Assembly: GCA_013239625.1 (NCBI GenBank)
Contig: MU053504.1
Span: 1,674,001-1,738,000, forward strand
Source: Lama guanicoe
Lineage: Eukaryota
Reading direction: 5' to 3'
DNA length: 64,000 nucleotides
Both the position numbers and the translations under genes were made by a program. The notes under the pieces are model-generated. The model saw nothing but the letters and a program-made list of their open reading frames with translations. It was not told the DNA's origin and searched no databases. Below are positions 52,928-64,000 of the stretch, piece after piece; the stretch's first letter is position 1, and the number at the start of each line of letters is the position of its first letter.

Positions 52928-53134
52928 GGTAAGCAGAATGGCCTCCCAAGGATGTCCAAGTCCTAATCCCCAGAACCAGTGACTGTGTTAGGTTACACGG
53001 CAAAGGAGAACTAAGGTTGTAGATAGAATTATGTTTTCTAATAATCTTAAAATAGGGAGATTATCCTATTTTGTGTTGTTTTACACCATGAAGTTTGTGG
53101 TAATTTGTTACAGCAGCACTATAAAACTAATGCA
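52928..53134 (+). mobile_element. Internally deleted MLT1-type LTR
   Basis: CAGAATGGCCTCCCAAGGATGTCC..CCTAATCCCCAGAACC start, GTGGTAATTTGTTACAGCAGC..AACTAATGCA end. Confidence 0.75.
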
Positions 53135-53659
53135 AATGTGTAATGACACTCAAGATTCATTTGTTGAATGATGAATTGAAACCACAAAAACCTAGGTCTA
53201 TAGATAAATGAGTAAAAGATAGAAGTATATCATTCATAGAATACAGATGGTCAATAAGCAGTTGTAAACATCTTCAGGTGATATTGAAGAGATACAAACG
53301 AAAACCTATCAAATTGGTAGACTGTTGCAATCCTTTGGTGGTTACCCAGAAGGGAGCTAGGGGCTTCTCTCGAGTGACTGGGCAGTTATTGACAAATGCC
53401 AAACTGGGGAGCAGACAAGGCACTTAAATCCATGCTAAAGTTTGGATGTTCATACTACAGCTTTTTTTCAGCTGTGCTTGTCTATAAATAAGTAAAGGAA
53501 ATAAAGAACTTTGGAATCAGTCCAAAAATTCCTGGGGATGACCAGTAAAAGTCTTGGGGGTTATCTAGCCCAATATAAAACTGTAACTGAAATGTTTATG
53601 ATCCAAGTATGCTGGAGATTTTTAAAAGCTGTTTTATAAGCTGATTAGCTGATGTTTAA

Positions 53660-53684
53660 ACACACACACACACACACACACACA
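53660..53684. repeat. (CA)n microsatellite
   Basis: Seen directly. Confidence 0.9.
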
Positions 53685-54683
53685 TGCACGGCTCATTGAA
53701 AAAGAAAGTTAAAGGAAAAACATAAAAAATATTATTAGACTGTATCTCCTTTTTACCACTGTTCTTTACTAATTGCACATTTTACCAAAGACAGAAGATG
53801 GTTTATGATTTTGTGTTCCCCAGGGTCCCTCTGTAACATTTTTCTTTTTTGTTTTTACATAATTGATGCTTTGTTTATATAATACTAACAAAGAGACTTA
53901 TCTCTACCTTTATATGGTATACCGTATCTGTACCTCATTGCAAGATATTTAGAAACAAAGTAAAAAGGAATACAAATCACCACACTACCTACCATCCCAA
54001 CTGAATTTTATGTACTTACATCTATTTCTGAAGCATGTTGGTCCTTCTTAAAGCCCCAAGCAAATTAACTTTTTAAATGATTATTTCATCATGGAAATTA
54101 TGATCATGACCAAATTTCTAATGAATTTTATGGAAATATGCAGACTCCAAAAATGTTACCAGATTTAATTTTTTAAAAGCTGGGGTAAATTTGTCCAGCA
54201 GAAAGCTTTTCTTGGTAAACTTTGTACATTACCACTGCAGATAAATAAGGTGGTGGCTAAATGAAACTTTTTATTACCTGCCTTTGGGGCCCAAATTTCC
54301 CACGTGTCCTTCACTTACCATTTGCCAACTTTTCATCTCCTGAGATGCTACCACTCCACAGGGACAGAAGCTGAGATTCAGAAAAATGACAATTTCCCAG
54401 TGATGATGGATTATATGTTCAATAATTTCTCATCTATTCATATTTGTCACTATGGTCTATTTTGATAAGAGGCAAGATGTACAAACTAAAAAGGCACCAA
54501 GACAAATACCAAACTAGACGTCAAATATGTGTCCACGCAACTACTATGGGGTTTAGCTCAACAACAACCTGACTTGACTTACCTCATTGATGAGAAAGAG
54601 TTAAAGGAAAATAAAATAACAGAGGTATTTATCTCAGTTACTCAGTTATAATACAGTTGGAACATTACTGGTTTTAGTTTTGG

Positions 54684-54723
54684 TATTATTATTATTACTA
54701 CTACTACTACTACTACTATTATT
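54684..54723. repeat. Compound (TAT)n(TAC)n trinucleotide repeat
   Basis: Seen directly. Confidence 0.85.
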
Positions 54724-55250
54724 AATGAGGTTTCTGTATCATATGTTAGAAATTAAAGTCAAATTGTAAAATCATATAAGAAAGCTAAAATGACTAAAAC
54801 TGGTCAGAGCAAATCTAGGAGGTTATATGCAAAAGTTTATATTTAAACATGTTTAGTGTTACAATGTTAGTATTCGGTAGGTTCTCTTAGCAGGTTCCTT
54901 TACACATGTAGCTGTAATGAGCAATCAAACAATGCATTAAGCAGTCAAAGATTATGTATGGTGTCAGAATAACACAAGTAAAACTATTTTTTCAAGGTCC
55001 TTACTGTAGTCTACATTGCTCTTGGCACAACTCTGTGACTACTAAAAGTAATCTATGATACACAACTCCTCATTCAGATACTGCTCCTTGGCCCTCTCCG
55101 CAATATAAAAAGGAATAGGCTCCTTAGAACTCTGTTTTTCAAACTGTAGGTTGAGATCTGTGAGTGGTTTATAAAATCAGTTTAGTCACCATCAGCATTG
55201 ACACAGAATAAAGAAACAAGTATCAACACACATCAAACCGTGGTAAGTAA

Positions 55251-55453
55251 TAAATAAATAAACCTAATTACCCCCTCAAAACAAAAACAAAAACAAAAAT
55301 TGAAAAAAGGGGAGGGAGGGTATAGCTTAGTGGTAGAGTGCGTGCTTAGCATGCATGAGGTACTGGGTTCAATCCCCAGTACCTCCATTAAAAAATAAAT
55401 ACAAAAACCTAATTACCTACCCCCACCCCCCCAAATAAAAACAAAAAAAATTA
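55251..55453 (+). mobile_element. Tail-only SINE fragment (55251-55300) followed by a full vic-1-like SINE (55309-55453)
   Basis: Two AACCTAATTACC-A-rich tails. A and B boxes present only in the second unit. Confidence 0.85.
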
Positions 55454-56779
55454 AAACTATGATAAGCAAAGGATTAATGTGAAACTTTTGCTTCTTCATT
55501 ATCTATGTACATGTACACACTGAGTCCTTAATATAAAATAGATTTCTTAGTAAGAGATGCTGTCTAAAACGTTTGAGAAACACAGCCTTGATGGAATAGT
55601 CACCTCCAATCTTGGGGCCATGGCTTAGCACTGGAGGTATCTAGGGTATGCACTTGTGAAGGCTTGCTGTGGTGCCCTCAAACAGTAATCAGAGGTGTGG
55701 AGGGAGGGGGTGATGGAGTAATAAAGATTTGTGGGGTATAATGATTGCAAAGAAGGCTTAAGAAAAGAGTTACTGATTTAAAACAAATTAAGCATCCCCT
55801 TGATCCTTGACCAAATGTAGCCTAAATCTCTAGGTTCAGCATTCGCCACCCTTCCCAGCTGAGTCCCACGCTCCCCTTCCATCCTCTCTCACCTTTGCCC
55901 TCGCCTTTCCCTTTCCTCCACCCTCAACACTCCTTGCCCCTCAGTGAAACACAAACCTTAAATTCTGCACACCTGGCCTCCCCTCAGGGCTCACCCTGTG
56001 ATGACAGGCCGTGTACCTGCTGGCTGGGTGACTGATGGTCTCCCTGTTCTAACAGCACTGCCCCACCCCCATTTGTGGATGGGGCCATGTTTTGTTTACT
56101 GTGTTTCCCTCGGGTGCTTCACATCCTGCCTTGTACTCGGTATTTAATAATTTTTCAACTCTTGGCCAATTTTGTAAACAACCATTTTGAAAAGACAAGT
56201 TGTAGTAAATGGCTCTCCAACCACTGGCTTGTTGATATACCTTGAGGGTGCATTAAAAAACAGAAGTGGTGGCAAAACCAAACTGAACCAGACTGGACTC
56301 TACCGGGAGCAAGTGCTTTCAAAATAGTCCAATTGGGCTGGGCTGTGAAGATAAGGCACCCAGAACACGCATTGTGTAACTTAGGAGTTACAAAAATCCA
56401 AACTTGTCTGATTGCTTGGAGCTATTAGTCTAGAGTTTCAGATGGAGGGGGAAAATCTAGGAAAGAGGGGCCACACAACCAGCCAAGGACTCAGAAGGGG
56501 CCACAGTGAAGTCCTGGGTCCCTGGTTCTGAATCACCATCCCTCAGTCATATTTATATGCTCAGCCATCTAAAATAATCACCCTGGTGCTCCAGGATAAG
56601 TGAAAACTGTACCCTCAGGAAAAAATAACTATAAACAGAGCTAGCAAATAAGGAAACATAAACCTATGGTATTGAAATGTTTAGCGTTGCACATACAGAT
56701 CAGTAATGCAATCATTATAATACTATGTGTGTCTGGTCTACTTTTTAAGGCGTAAAAGTATGTAAAACAATTTCATATA

Positions 56780-57010
56780 CAGCTGACCCTTGAACAACAT
56801 GGGTTTGAACCACTCAGATCCACTTATACGTGCATTTTTTTTCAATAGTAAATTACAGTACAGCACAATCTGTGGTTGGGTTAATCTACAGATGAGGAAC
56901 CTCAGATATGGAAGAACCTCGGATAGAAAGCCGGACATAAGTTATACAGGGATATTTGCCTGTGTAGAGGGCCAGCGCCCTCAACCCCCAGGTTGTTCAA
57001 GGGTCAACTG
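56780..57010 (+). mobile_element. Tigger2a/MER28-like MITE
   Basis: TA-CAGCTGACCCTTGAACAAC...GTTGTTCAAGGGTCAACTG-TA. Homologous to 13174-13375 in the opposite orientation. Confidence 0.85.
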
Positions 57011-58706
57011 TACTAAATTTGGGGATTCCAAATGCCTAGAAGTACTTATGTAATAATTAGTGTTTAGATTGATCACTAAATAATGCACATAGGGTCATAG
57101 GTTCTTTCCCCTCCATGCTAAGTCCTTGTGACACAAAGAATCTTAGAAGACTTCCTGGATGTGAGGAAGGGTTGGGACTTTTTCTAACTCCAGGCCTGTA
57201 GGCAATGTCCTGAGGGTGGAATGTGGGGGGCTGTGGCTGCCACAGCCATCGTGCTACGTGCATGGCAGTGGCTGAGGATGGTTGAGGGAAAGGATGGAAG
57301 AGACCTGGAGCTACTGTCTTACTCTTCCAGGGAAGCCCTGTCCACTGGGATTTTAATTACTTGCTACTATATGGCCTACCTTCCAACCCCACCCCCACCT
57401 CCTTCACTGGCTTTCATCTTTGGCTGCATGTTGCAATCTCCTACTGATCCTCCTTGGACCCCATCCCCAGAGATCCTGACTGAACTGGTCTGGGGTCCAG
57501 CCTGGAATGAGAGTGGCGAAACTCCCCAGGTGATTCTGAAGCGCAACCAGCGCAAAAAACCACTGCTTTAACTGTAGGCCAGTTGTTCTTTTCCATTTGG
57601 AATTGTATGTTTCTATCTCATACTGTGGTTATCTATGTTACTTTCTTCCTTCCTCCTAGATTGTGGGCTCCCAGGTGGCCTTCCAAACAATGCATGTGTC
57701 CCTTCCCAGCTCCAGGTGACTCCATCGCTGACAGAAGTAGCAGAGTCATGCCTTACTTGAATTTAGGTTCTATAGTCCATGCTTATGGCATCAAATGAGC
57801 CACCCTTGACAATCCCTGAGGAAGGCTCTGCTCTGGGAGCCTGATGTCCTGTCTCCCCATCACCATCCACATAGTTTCCTCCTGGGCCGGAACAGAAAGC
57901 CGCCTCCTCCTCTACCAGGCACCAGAGGAAGTAGGTGGTTGTGTTTAGGGGCCACTTTGCATAAAAAATACACATTTAAACACATGCCTCACCCTCAGCA
58001 CAGCAGGAAGCTCATGCCATGAACAGCCCACAGGAACCAGAGTGACTGACCCTACAGGAGACACACATCTTCCATCTCACACCCACTCCTGAGCATATGG
58101 CCCTTACATCTACCAGTAGGTGGAATCACCCACACCATTTAAACGTTTGTTAAGGATGTGGAGCTGAATTCGTGTGATACACTGTATGAAGCGATGTCCC
58201 TGCACTGCACAATTCTATGCAACTCAAGCAGGTCCTCCCCTCCCTTCTCCCTGTCCCACCAGCAGCTGGCCCAGCCCCTCTCCTCCCTGACCTCCCTTCC
58301 CATCCTCTTAAGGCTGATGTTCCCTCGAATTCTATCTTGGGCACTTCTTGTTAACCCTTTTCCCTAAGGGCTCTCATGGTGATAAATCCTTCCCTAGTTT
58401 GGGGAGATGTGGCCCAAGAGGACTTTTGCTCTGGGAAGGAAGGAGAAGGGGAGTATGATCTCATCCAGGCCTTGTGGGCTGGGCTTGCAGGGCACAAAGG
58501 AACACAGTAAATGTTCAATGTTTGTTTGCGTTTTTTTTGAATGTATGGACACAGAATAAGAACAGAACTTCCATCTGCCTCCAAAGGATCCCATCCCCAC
58601 CCTCAAGATATATTCAGAGGCCTAGATTTTCACCTGCTCATCTAGTATCCCAGGCCAGGCCTTCTGCCACACCAAGCCACACCAAGCTCACCAGTCCTCA
58701 CAGGCC

Positions 58707-58712
58707 TTTAAT
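58707..58712 (-). terminator. DDRGK1: Candidate DDRGK1 variant polyA signal ATTAAA
   Basis: tttaat on the plus strand about 125 nt past the stop. No AATAAA seen nearby. Confidence 0.4.
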
Positions 58713-58834
58713 CTATAACTGCTTGCCCAAACTCCATCACTGCCCCAAGATGCTGGGGGGAAGGGGCTGGGGCGGATAAAGATACATGGCTAGGAAGGCC
58801 ATGCCAGCTCTGAGTCCAAGGGGGAAAGGCTAGG

Positions 58835-59001
58835 TCAGGCTGGGGCCTGGGCAGGGGGCTCCCGGCCCCAGGCGATGAGGGAGTTGCTGGCCTGGGCAAG
58901 CTCGGCGATGGATACTCGGCCCCGCTGTCGGATGAAGTTAGCCACGGCAGCCAGTTCCTCCAGGGTTATGTAGATGAACTTGCCCCGGTCGTCAATCACA
59001 C
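58835..59001 (-). CDS. DDRGK1: DDRGK1 last coding exon ([13 protein letters not shown]...AQAPA*)
   Basis: tccccacag|GTGTGATTGACGACCGGGGCAAG carries the eponymous DDRGK motif. 167 nt. Confidence 0.97.
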
Positions 59002-59328
59002 CTGTGGGGACATGCAGGTTGCAGGGCTGAGCCTTCCTCATCTGGCCCAAGGATGCCTACCCACCCAGCCACCCCTCCTGCCTGCCAGCCTAGCCCTTCC
59101 TAGCTAGGTGAGTCAAATCAGGCTTCCTTGACTGTCTTTGTCACCCAAAGCCATCCCCAGGCCCTGGCATGTCCTCTTTGTAACTGTGTCCCCCTCCTCA
59201 GCACCCGGCATTGTACACCGCTGCCCTGACCCGGGGTGGTCATCCTGCCTCTGTGATAACTCCCTGCAGCTCCATGTGGCGGACACTCCCCAAGGCCAGG
59301 CCTGCAATGACAAGTCTCATCCTCTCAC

Positions 59329-59377
59329 CTGTCAGAGTCCCCTCAGCCAGCAGGTCCTGGATACGGTTTATGGCGTC
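59329..59377 (-). CDS. DDRGK1: DDRGK1 exon DAINRIQDLLAEGTLT(G)
   Basis: ctcctcatag|GAC...ACAG|gtgaga. 49 nt, phase 0-1. Confidence 0.95.
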
Positions 59378-59919
59378 CTATGAGGAGAATGATTCTCAGA
59401 GCAGAGATGGGTGCTGCCCTCCCCCAAAAGGCAGCTGCAACCTCCCTCCCACCACAGCCAAATCTCCTCTCCTTCTCATGGCCACCCTGCAGCGTGACTC
59501 CGTGCTTCTCCCGTGGAGTGGCCCAGGGGAAAGGGGCTCTGGCGCTGGGGCCCCGCAGGACCGGGAGAGAGATTCTCTTCCAACCAGGACAGAATTGGTT
59601 GTGTTGTTTGGCTGAGAAGGCTAGTGCAGCCTGTTTGCAAAAGAGTTGTCAAAGTAACTAGATTTGGGCTGCTTGAGTTACAGGGGTTGCTGGAGTGATG
59701 GGATTTGGACTTTTTTATTTTTTCTCCCTGTCTGTATTCCATCGAGTTAGAAAGGTGGAATTCCTGGGGTGCCAAGAGATTCCTACACTTTACTCACTCT
59801 TGGTTGGGGACAGGGTGGAAGGGGCACCAAGACTCTCCATCTTTAGGGCGGGCCCTCTCTGACAGCCACACAGACCCCATGGCCACATTCCACGTAACAA
59901 GCCACCTTCCAGGGCTTAC

Positions 59920-59976
59920 CTGAGTCCGCAGGCCCATTTGGGAAGCCAGGTCTTCCAAGAGCACGACCTTGGACTG
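59920..59976 (-). CDS. DDRGK1: DDRGK1 exon QSKVVLLEDLASQMGLRTQ
   Basis: ctttctttgtag|CAG...CAG|gtaagc. 57 nt. Confidence 0.95.
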
Positions 59977-62487
59977 CTACAAAGAAAGGGAGGAAAGGGA
60001 GTGAGGCTGAGCTTGGGCAAATCCCTCTCAGCATTGGAACCCTCTGAGGCAGGCATTCTGCTCCGCTCCGCTCTGGGTGCAGATTCCTGCTTTCCTCACA
60101 TGCTATTCACACACTCTCCAACCACCTGAGGACAGAGACACACACATTCATAAACTCTCACATCCCCCTGCTTGTGGGCAGAGATCTGCCCCAAACTGCC
60201 ACCTGCCTCACAGGACCCCGGACTGAGGACCACCCTGAGACAGACACACACGTGGAGAGGCACGCACAGCTGTCACTTTCTCCTCTGCCACCAGCCGCAG
60301 CTTTTTAATATCATGGACACGTTGGAAGGGGAAGCAAGACAGAGATGAGGGAAAGAGGTGACAGTCACCAAAAGCTATTTAAAAAAACTTTTTCCAGGGC
60401 TTGTGTTTGCTGAGAAGCTGCCAGGACAAGGCGCTGAGAAGGTGTGGGGGAGGCGATGTGGAATAAGACATAGCTCACAGCCCTGCCAAGGAAACGGCAA
60501 GAACCTGGAGAAGAACAGAGCAGGCAAAGGCCCCCACGGGGCCTGGGCAGAAACAGTACAGCTCAGTCTGGTCTCCCCTTTGCTCACCGCCCCCTGGCCT
60601 GACACACCCAGACTTCTTTTCACCCATCCTCTTCACACCCTACGAGGCACGGAGCTCTCCCTTAAAATAACTGTCACCAGCACTGCTCAGTGCTTTCCAC
60701 ACACAGCCAAGTTCACACCTTGAGGAGAAACTTTAGTTCCCAGGGATGCAGCCGAGGGTCCGCTGCTGGATCCTAGAAAATGCATCTGCCCCGCCTCCCC
60801 CACAAACAGACAGCATGTGACTTGAGAGAAGGCGGTCTTTTGCATTTCTGTGAATCTTCCATAGCAAATGAGCTGGGGGAGGAATGACATGATGACACCT
60901 CCCCAGCTGCAGATGGCATGTGACTGTTGGAAATGCCAAACCTAACGTGTGAGCAAGAAGGCAAGGGAGTGGCAGTTGGGCCAGGGGGTGGGCAAGTGCA
61001 AGGTGACCGGGCCAGCGGGCCTCTACCGACAAAGCAGGGAGAGGGCACTGGGCTCTCTGGGACAGCTCAGAGGCGGAATATGCAGTAACCCTAGGTGGTC
61101 CCTGAAAACACGGCCTAAGGCGTTGCTGGGGCCAAAACTCTGTCTGGAAAAACAAACCACCCAACCCCAGAGAGAAAGGACAGTGGACCGACAAGAGCAA
61201 GCTATGCCTATGCCTATGCCTATGCCTCACGTGAACTCCACTGGAAATGGGCCTCCAGGTCTGAAACCCTAAGATGAAAGAGCCCACTCCCTTGGAGCCA
61301 GGAGTAAGGAGGGTGGGCTGAGTTTCGGGACAGCGGCTCTGGGAGTATCAGCTAGCACAGCCTGGAAAGACTTCTAAGCTCCAGAAGAGTTTGGAAAACC
61401 CCCCAGAAAATGGCTCCTCCAGAGAGCTGCTGAAAGCGAGGGCCAGGACCGCCCTGGGGTCCTCTTCTTAGGGCTCTGCAGAGAGAGGGACCTGAAGCTG
61501 ATGCAGCAGGGCTTCCTGCAGGAGGGACTCAGGACTATGGTGCTGCCCATTGGCTGGGTGGGGACAGTGAGTTCCAAACAACACCAGGAAGGTATGAGAT
61601 GTCCTGTCCAGGGCTGCAGCCTCAATCAACTGTGCCAGGGTGGGAATGGGCCCCATCAGAGGGGAATGGTCCCAGTCTGAGAGAGCATTCTCGCTCTCAG
61701 CAACCCCGGCCCCCAGGCTGTGAGCCTAGCCCCTTGCTGCTGGGAGGTGTCTAAACCCTGCTCTCTTCTGGGAGAGGTGGGGGGGAGGATTATGCAAGCC
61801 CTGGCTCCTTGGCACCCCTAGTGCCACCCCCACTGCCGCCTCCACTCCCTCTGCACTCCTTCCCTCAGCCGCCTCTGCACCCCTGAGCTGCACTGGAAAA
61901 CCTCTCCCCTCGTCGCATCCTTCGTGGGAGAGAAGTTGCTTAGCAGCAAAGCAGAACAGGACGTTCTTATGCAACCCGGAGCAGCATCCGGGAGCCCTGC
62001 GCTGCAGCTGCAGATGGAAGAGGGTACACCTGCTGCTCTGCTCTAGATCCCAAAGGAAACATCCTGCATACCCCGGAAGACCCAAGTTCCCGGTCAGGAA
62101 CACATGGCAGGGGACACCTGTTTCACCTCAGTGGAACCTCCAAATGACAGAACTGACAGAAAACACATGTGAAAAAACTTGAAAACACAGTGACTCACTG
62201 AGCGTGGGGTCTGAAGAGCAGGGAACCTGTCAAGCCCTGAGTGTGAGGAAGCGATCAAAGGCTTGCACCTCCCACACAGACCACATCCTTCTGAGGAGAA
62301 GGGACTCTCCTGGTCAGGACCCCAGCAGCTCAGCCTCCCTTGGTCCCCCTGCCCCCTCCTGCACGAGCCTGACTGAACTGCCTGCAGCCCCGACTCGGGC
62401 CTACTCCCTCTAGGCCCTGAGGATGCACACGACACGCACGTAAGAAGCAGGCAGCTGACAGCCAAGCTCTGCTCTGCAGCTTCTTAC

Positions 62488-62526
62488 CTTAATGTAGTTG
62501 ATAAACTCGGTCAGGAAGCTGTGGGA
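62488..62526 (-). CDS. DDRGK1: DDRGK1 exon SHSFLTEFINYIK
   Basis: gctcctctag|TCC...AAG|gtaaga. 39 nt. Confidence 0.95.
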
Positions 62527-62858
62527 CTAGAGGAGCAGAGAAATCAAGGTGAGTGTCCTTCTTGCAGGGGCCACAAGGGTCTATGCCTACCCACCTGCCC
62601 ACCTGAGTGGCACCTGTCTGCCCTGCCTGTGTGCCCCTCTAACCATCTGTGTGAGCAGCAAGGCCTCCCACGGTGAGGGGATTGAGGCACCACCTCTTCT
62701 AAAGACCAGGTCTCCGGCTGCTAGAGCCTGCTGGTCCTGACATCCATCCACCTTTCACTGCCTGACGCAGAAGCAGGCGAGGAGCAGAGGGGTGTGTGGG
62801 ATGGGGTGGCCAGCCTCAGTGGGCACCAGGAGGGGTTTCCCAGGGGTGGTGGGCCCAC

Positions 62859-62981
62859 CTGCTCCTCAGTCATGGTCTCGGCCTCGCCCTCCTCCTCCAC
62901 CACGAAGGCCTCCTTCAGTTTCAGGTACTCTTCATGCTCCCGCTGGGCCTGCTCTTCCCGAGCCTTCCTCTCCTCCTCCTC
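62859..62981 (-). CDS. DDRGK1: DDRGK1 exon [41 protein letters not shown]; upstream exons lie beyond the window
   Basis: gtgtccacag|GAG...CAG|gtgggc. 123 nt. Confidence 0.96.
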
Positions 62982-64000
62982 CTGTGGACACAGAGGAAGC
63001 AAGAGTCAGACATTTTCGGGTGGGTGCCCACCCTATCCCTGTTCTGGTCTCTGTTGGCCCAGCAGGGCAGCAGGGTGTCTAGCCCCGCCCTTTCTCACAG
63101 AGCTCCTTCAAGACCTTGATCCCTCTGGCCCCCAAGCCGAACAGTAGGATCCCTCTTCTCTTCTCATCAGTTCCACCTCCCAAACACTGCTCAGCTCCTT
63201 CCTTGAAAATCCTGCAGTGACCCCACCCCATAATACCCTCTAGTCACCCTCCCCTCCCATTTCTTGCCCTGTCAGTCCAAACTTCTCACCAACCATCCAT
63301 CCCTCCAGCCCACTCCAATCTGGCTTCTGAGTACTCAGTTCCCGCAAAACAACTCCTGCCACGGTCTCACTCACGCCCTCCACCCCACCAGAGCCAAGGG
63401 ACAACCATTAGTCCTCATATCCCTGTCCCCTCAGTGGTGTTGCGCAGAGCCAACCATCCCCTCCTCCCTCCCTTGGCCTCCAGACCCTACCCTCTCCTGG
63501 ATTTCCTCCTGCTCCTTGGGCCATTCTTCCTGCTTTCTCCATCACCCAGCCCTGTCTCTTCTCTCTCCTCCACTCTCTGGGCCATCTTGCCATGCCCATA
63601 GCATCAACAATTATATCCTTCCCAGTGACTGCCACAGTTGTATCCCTGCCCAAATGTCTCCTCCCAAACATACGACGGCCCACATGACACACACACAGGC
63701 ACCTCAAGTTGACTGTGTCCCAGAAAGACCCTGTGATCTACTCCCCACATTTTTATACTCTTCCTGAGTCCCTGGCCCAGTGAGTCACACAGCCACCTGG
63801 CCAGCTGCCCTCATCAGAAATGAAGCCCATCTACCACTCCTTTCTTTAACTTCTGGAAAACTCAGTCCATCCATGTTGCTCCATCACCACCACCATCCAG
63901 TGCAACAGCCTCCCCCCAACCCAGCCCATTTCCCAGAACTCACAGAACGATCTGTTTTCAACACGAAACTAAATTTTCCTGGGACAGGAAATAAACAAGA

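Overview
This is mammalian genomic DNA, most likely camelid given the vic-1-like tRNA-derived SINEs. Four known genes lie in tandem on the minus strand. UBOX5 is complete (4 coding exons, 541 aa). FASTKD5 has a single coding exon nested in UBOX5 intron 1 and shares its first exon and CpG promoter. LZTS3/ProSAPiP1 has 3 coding exons (672 aa, part hidden by an N-run). DDRGK1 is represented by its last five coding exons. I derived the exon boundaries by hand from GT/AG sites and reading-frame continuity. The rest is introns and intergenic DNA with L1/L2/MIR, MaLR/ERVL LTRs, hAT/Tigger MITEs, tRNA-derived SINEs and a retroposed U6 copy with target-site duplications (TSDs). Repeat family names come from remembered consensus sequences, not a search. 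The most notable unexplained signal is in the first 3.7 kb. Plus-strand exon-like units splice in frame into an ORF ending in a hydrophobic tail-anchor-like segment, followed by AATAAA. This is a candidate unannotated gene or recent pseudogene convergent with UBOX5. Other leads are upstream-AUG architecture on FASTKD5 and LZTS3, a possible chimeric U6 tail, and a palindromic MER53 split by an L1.
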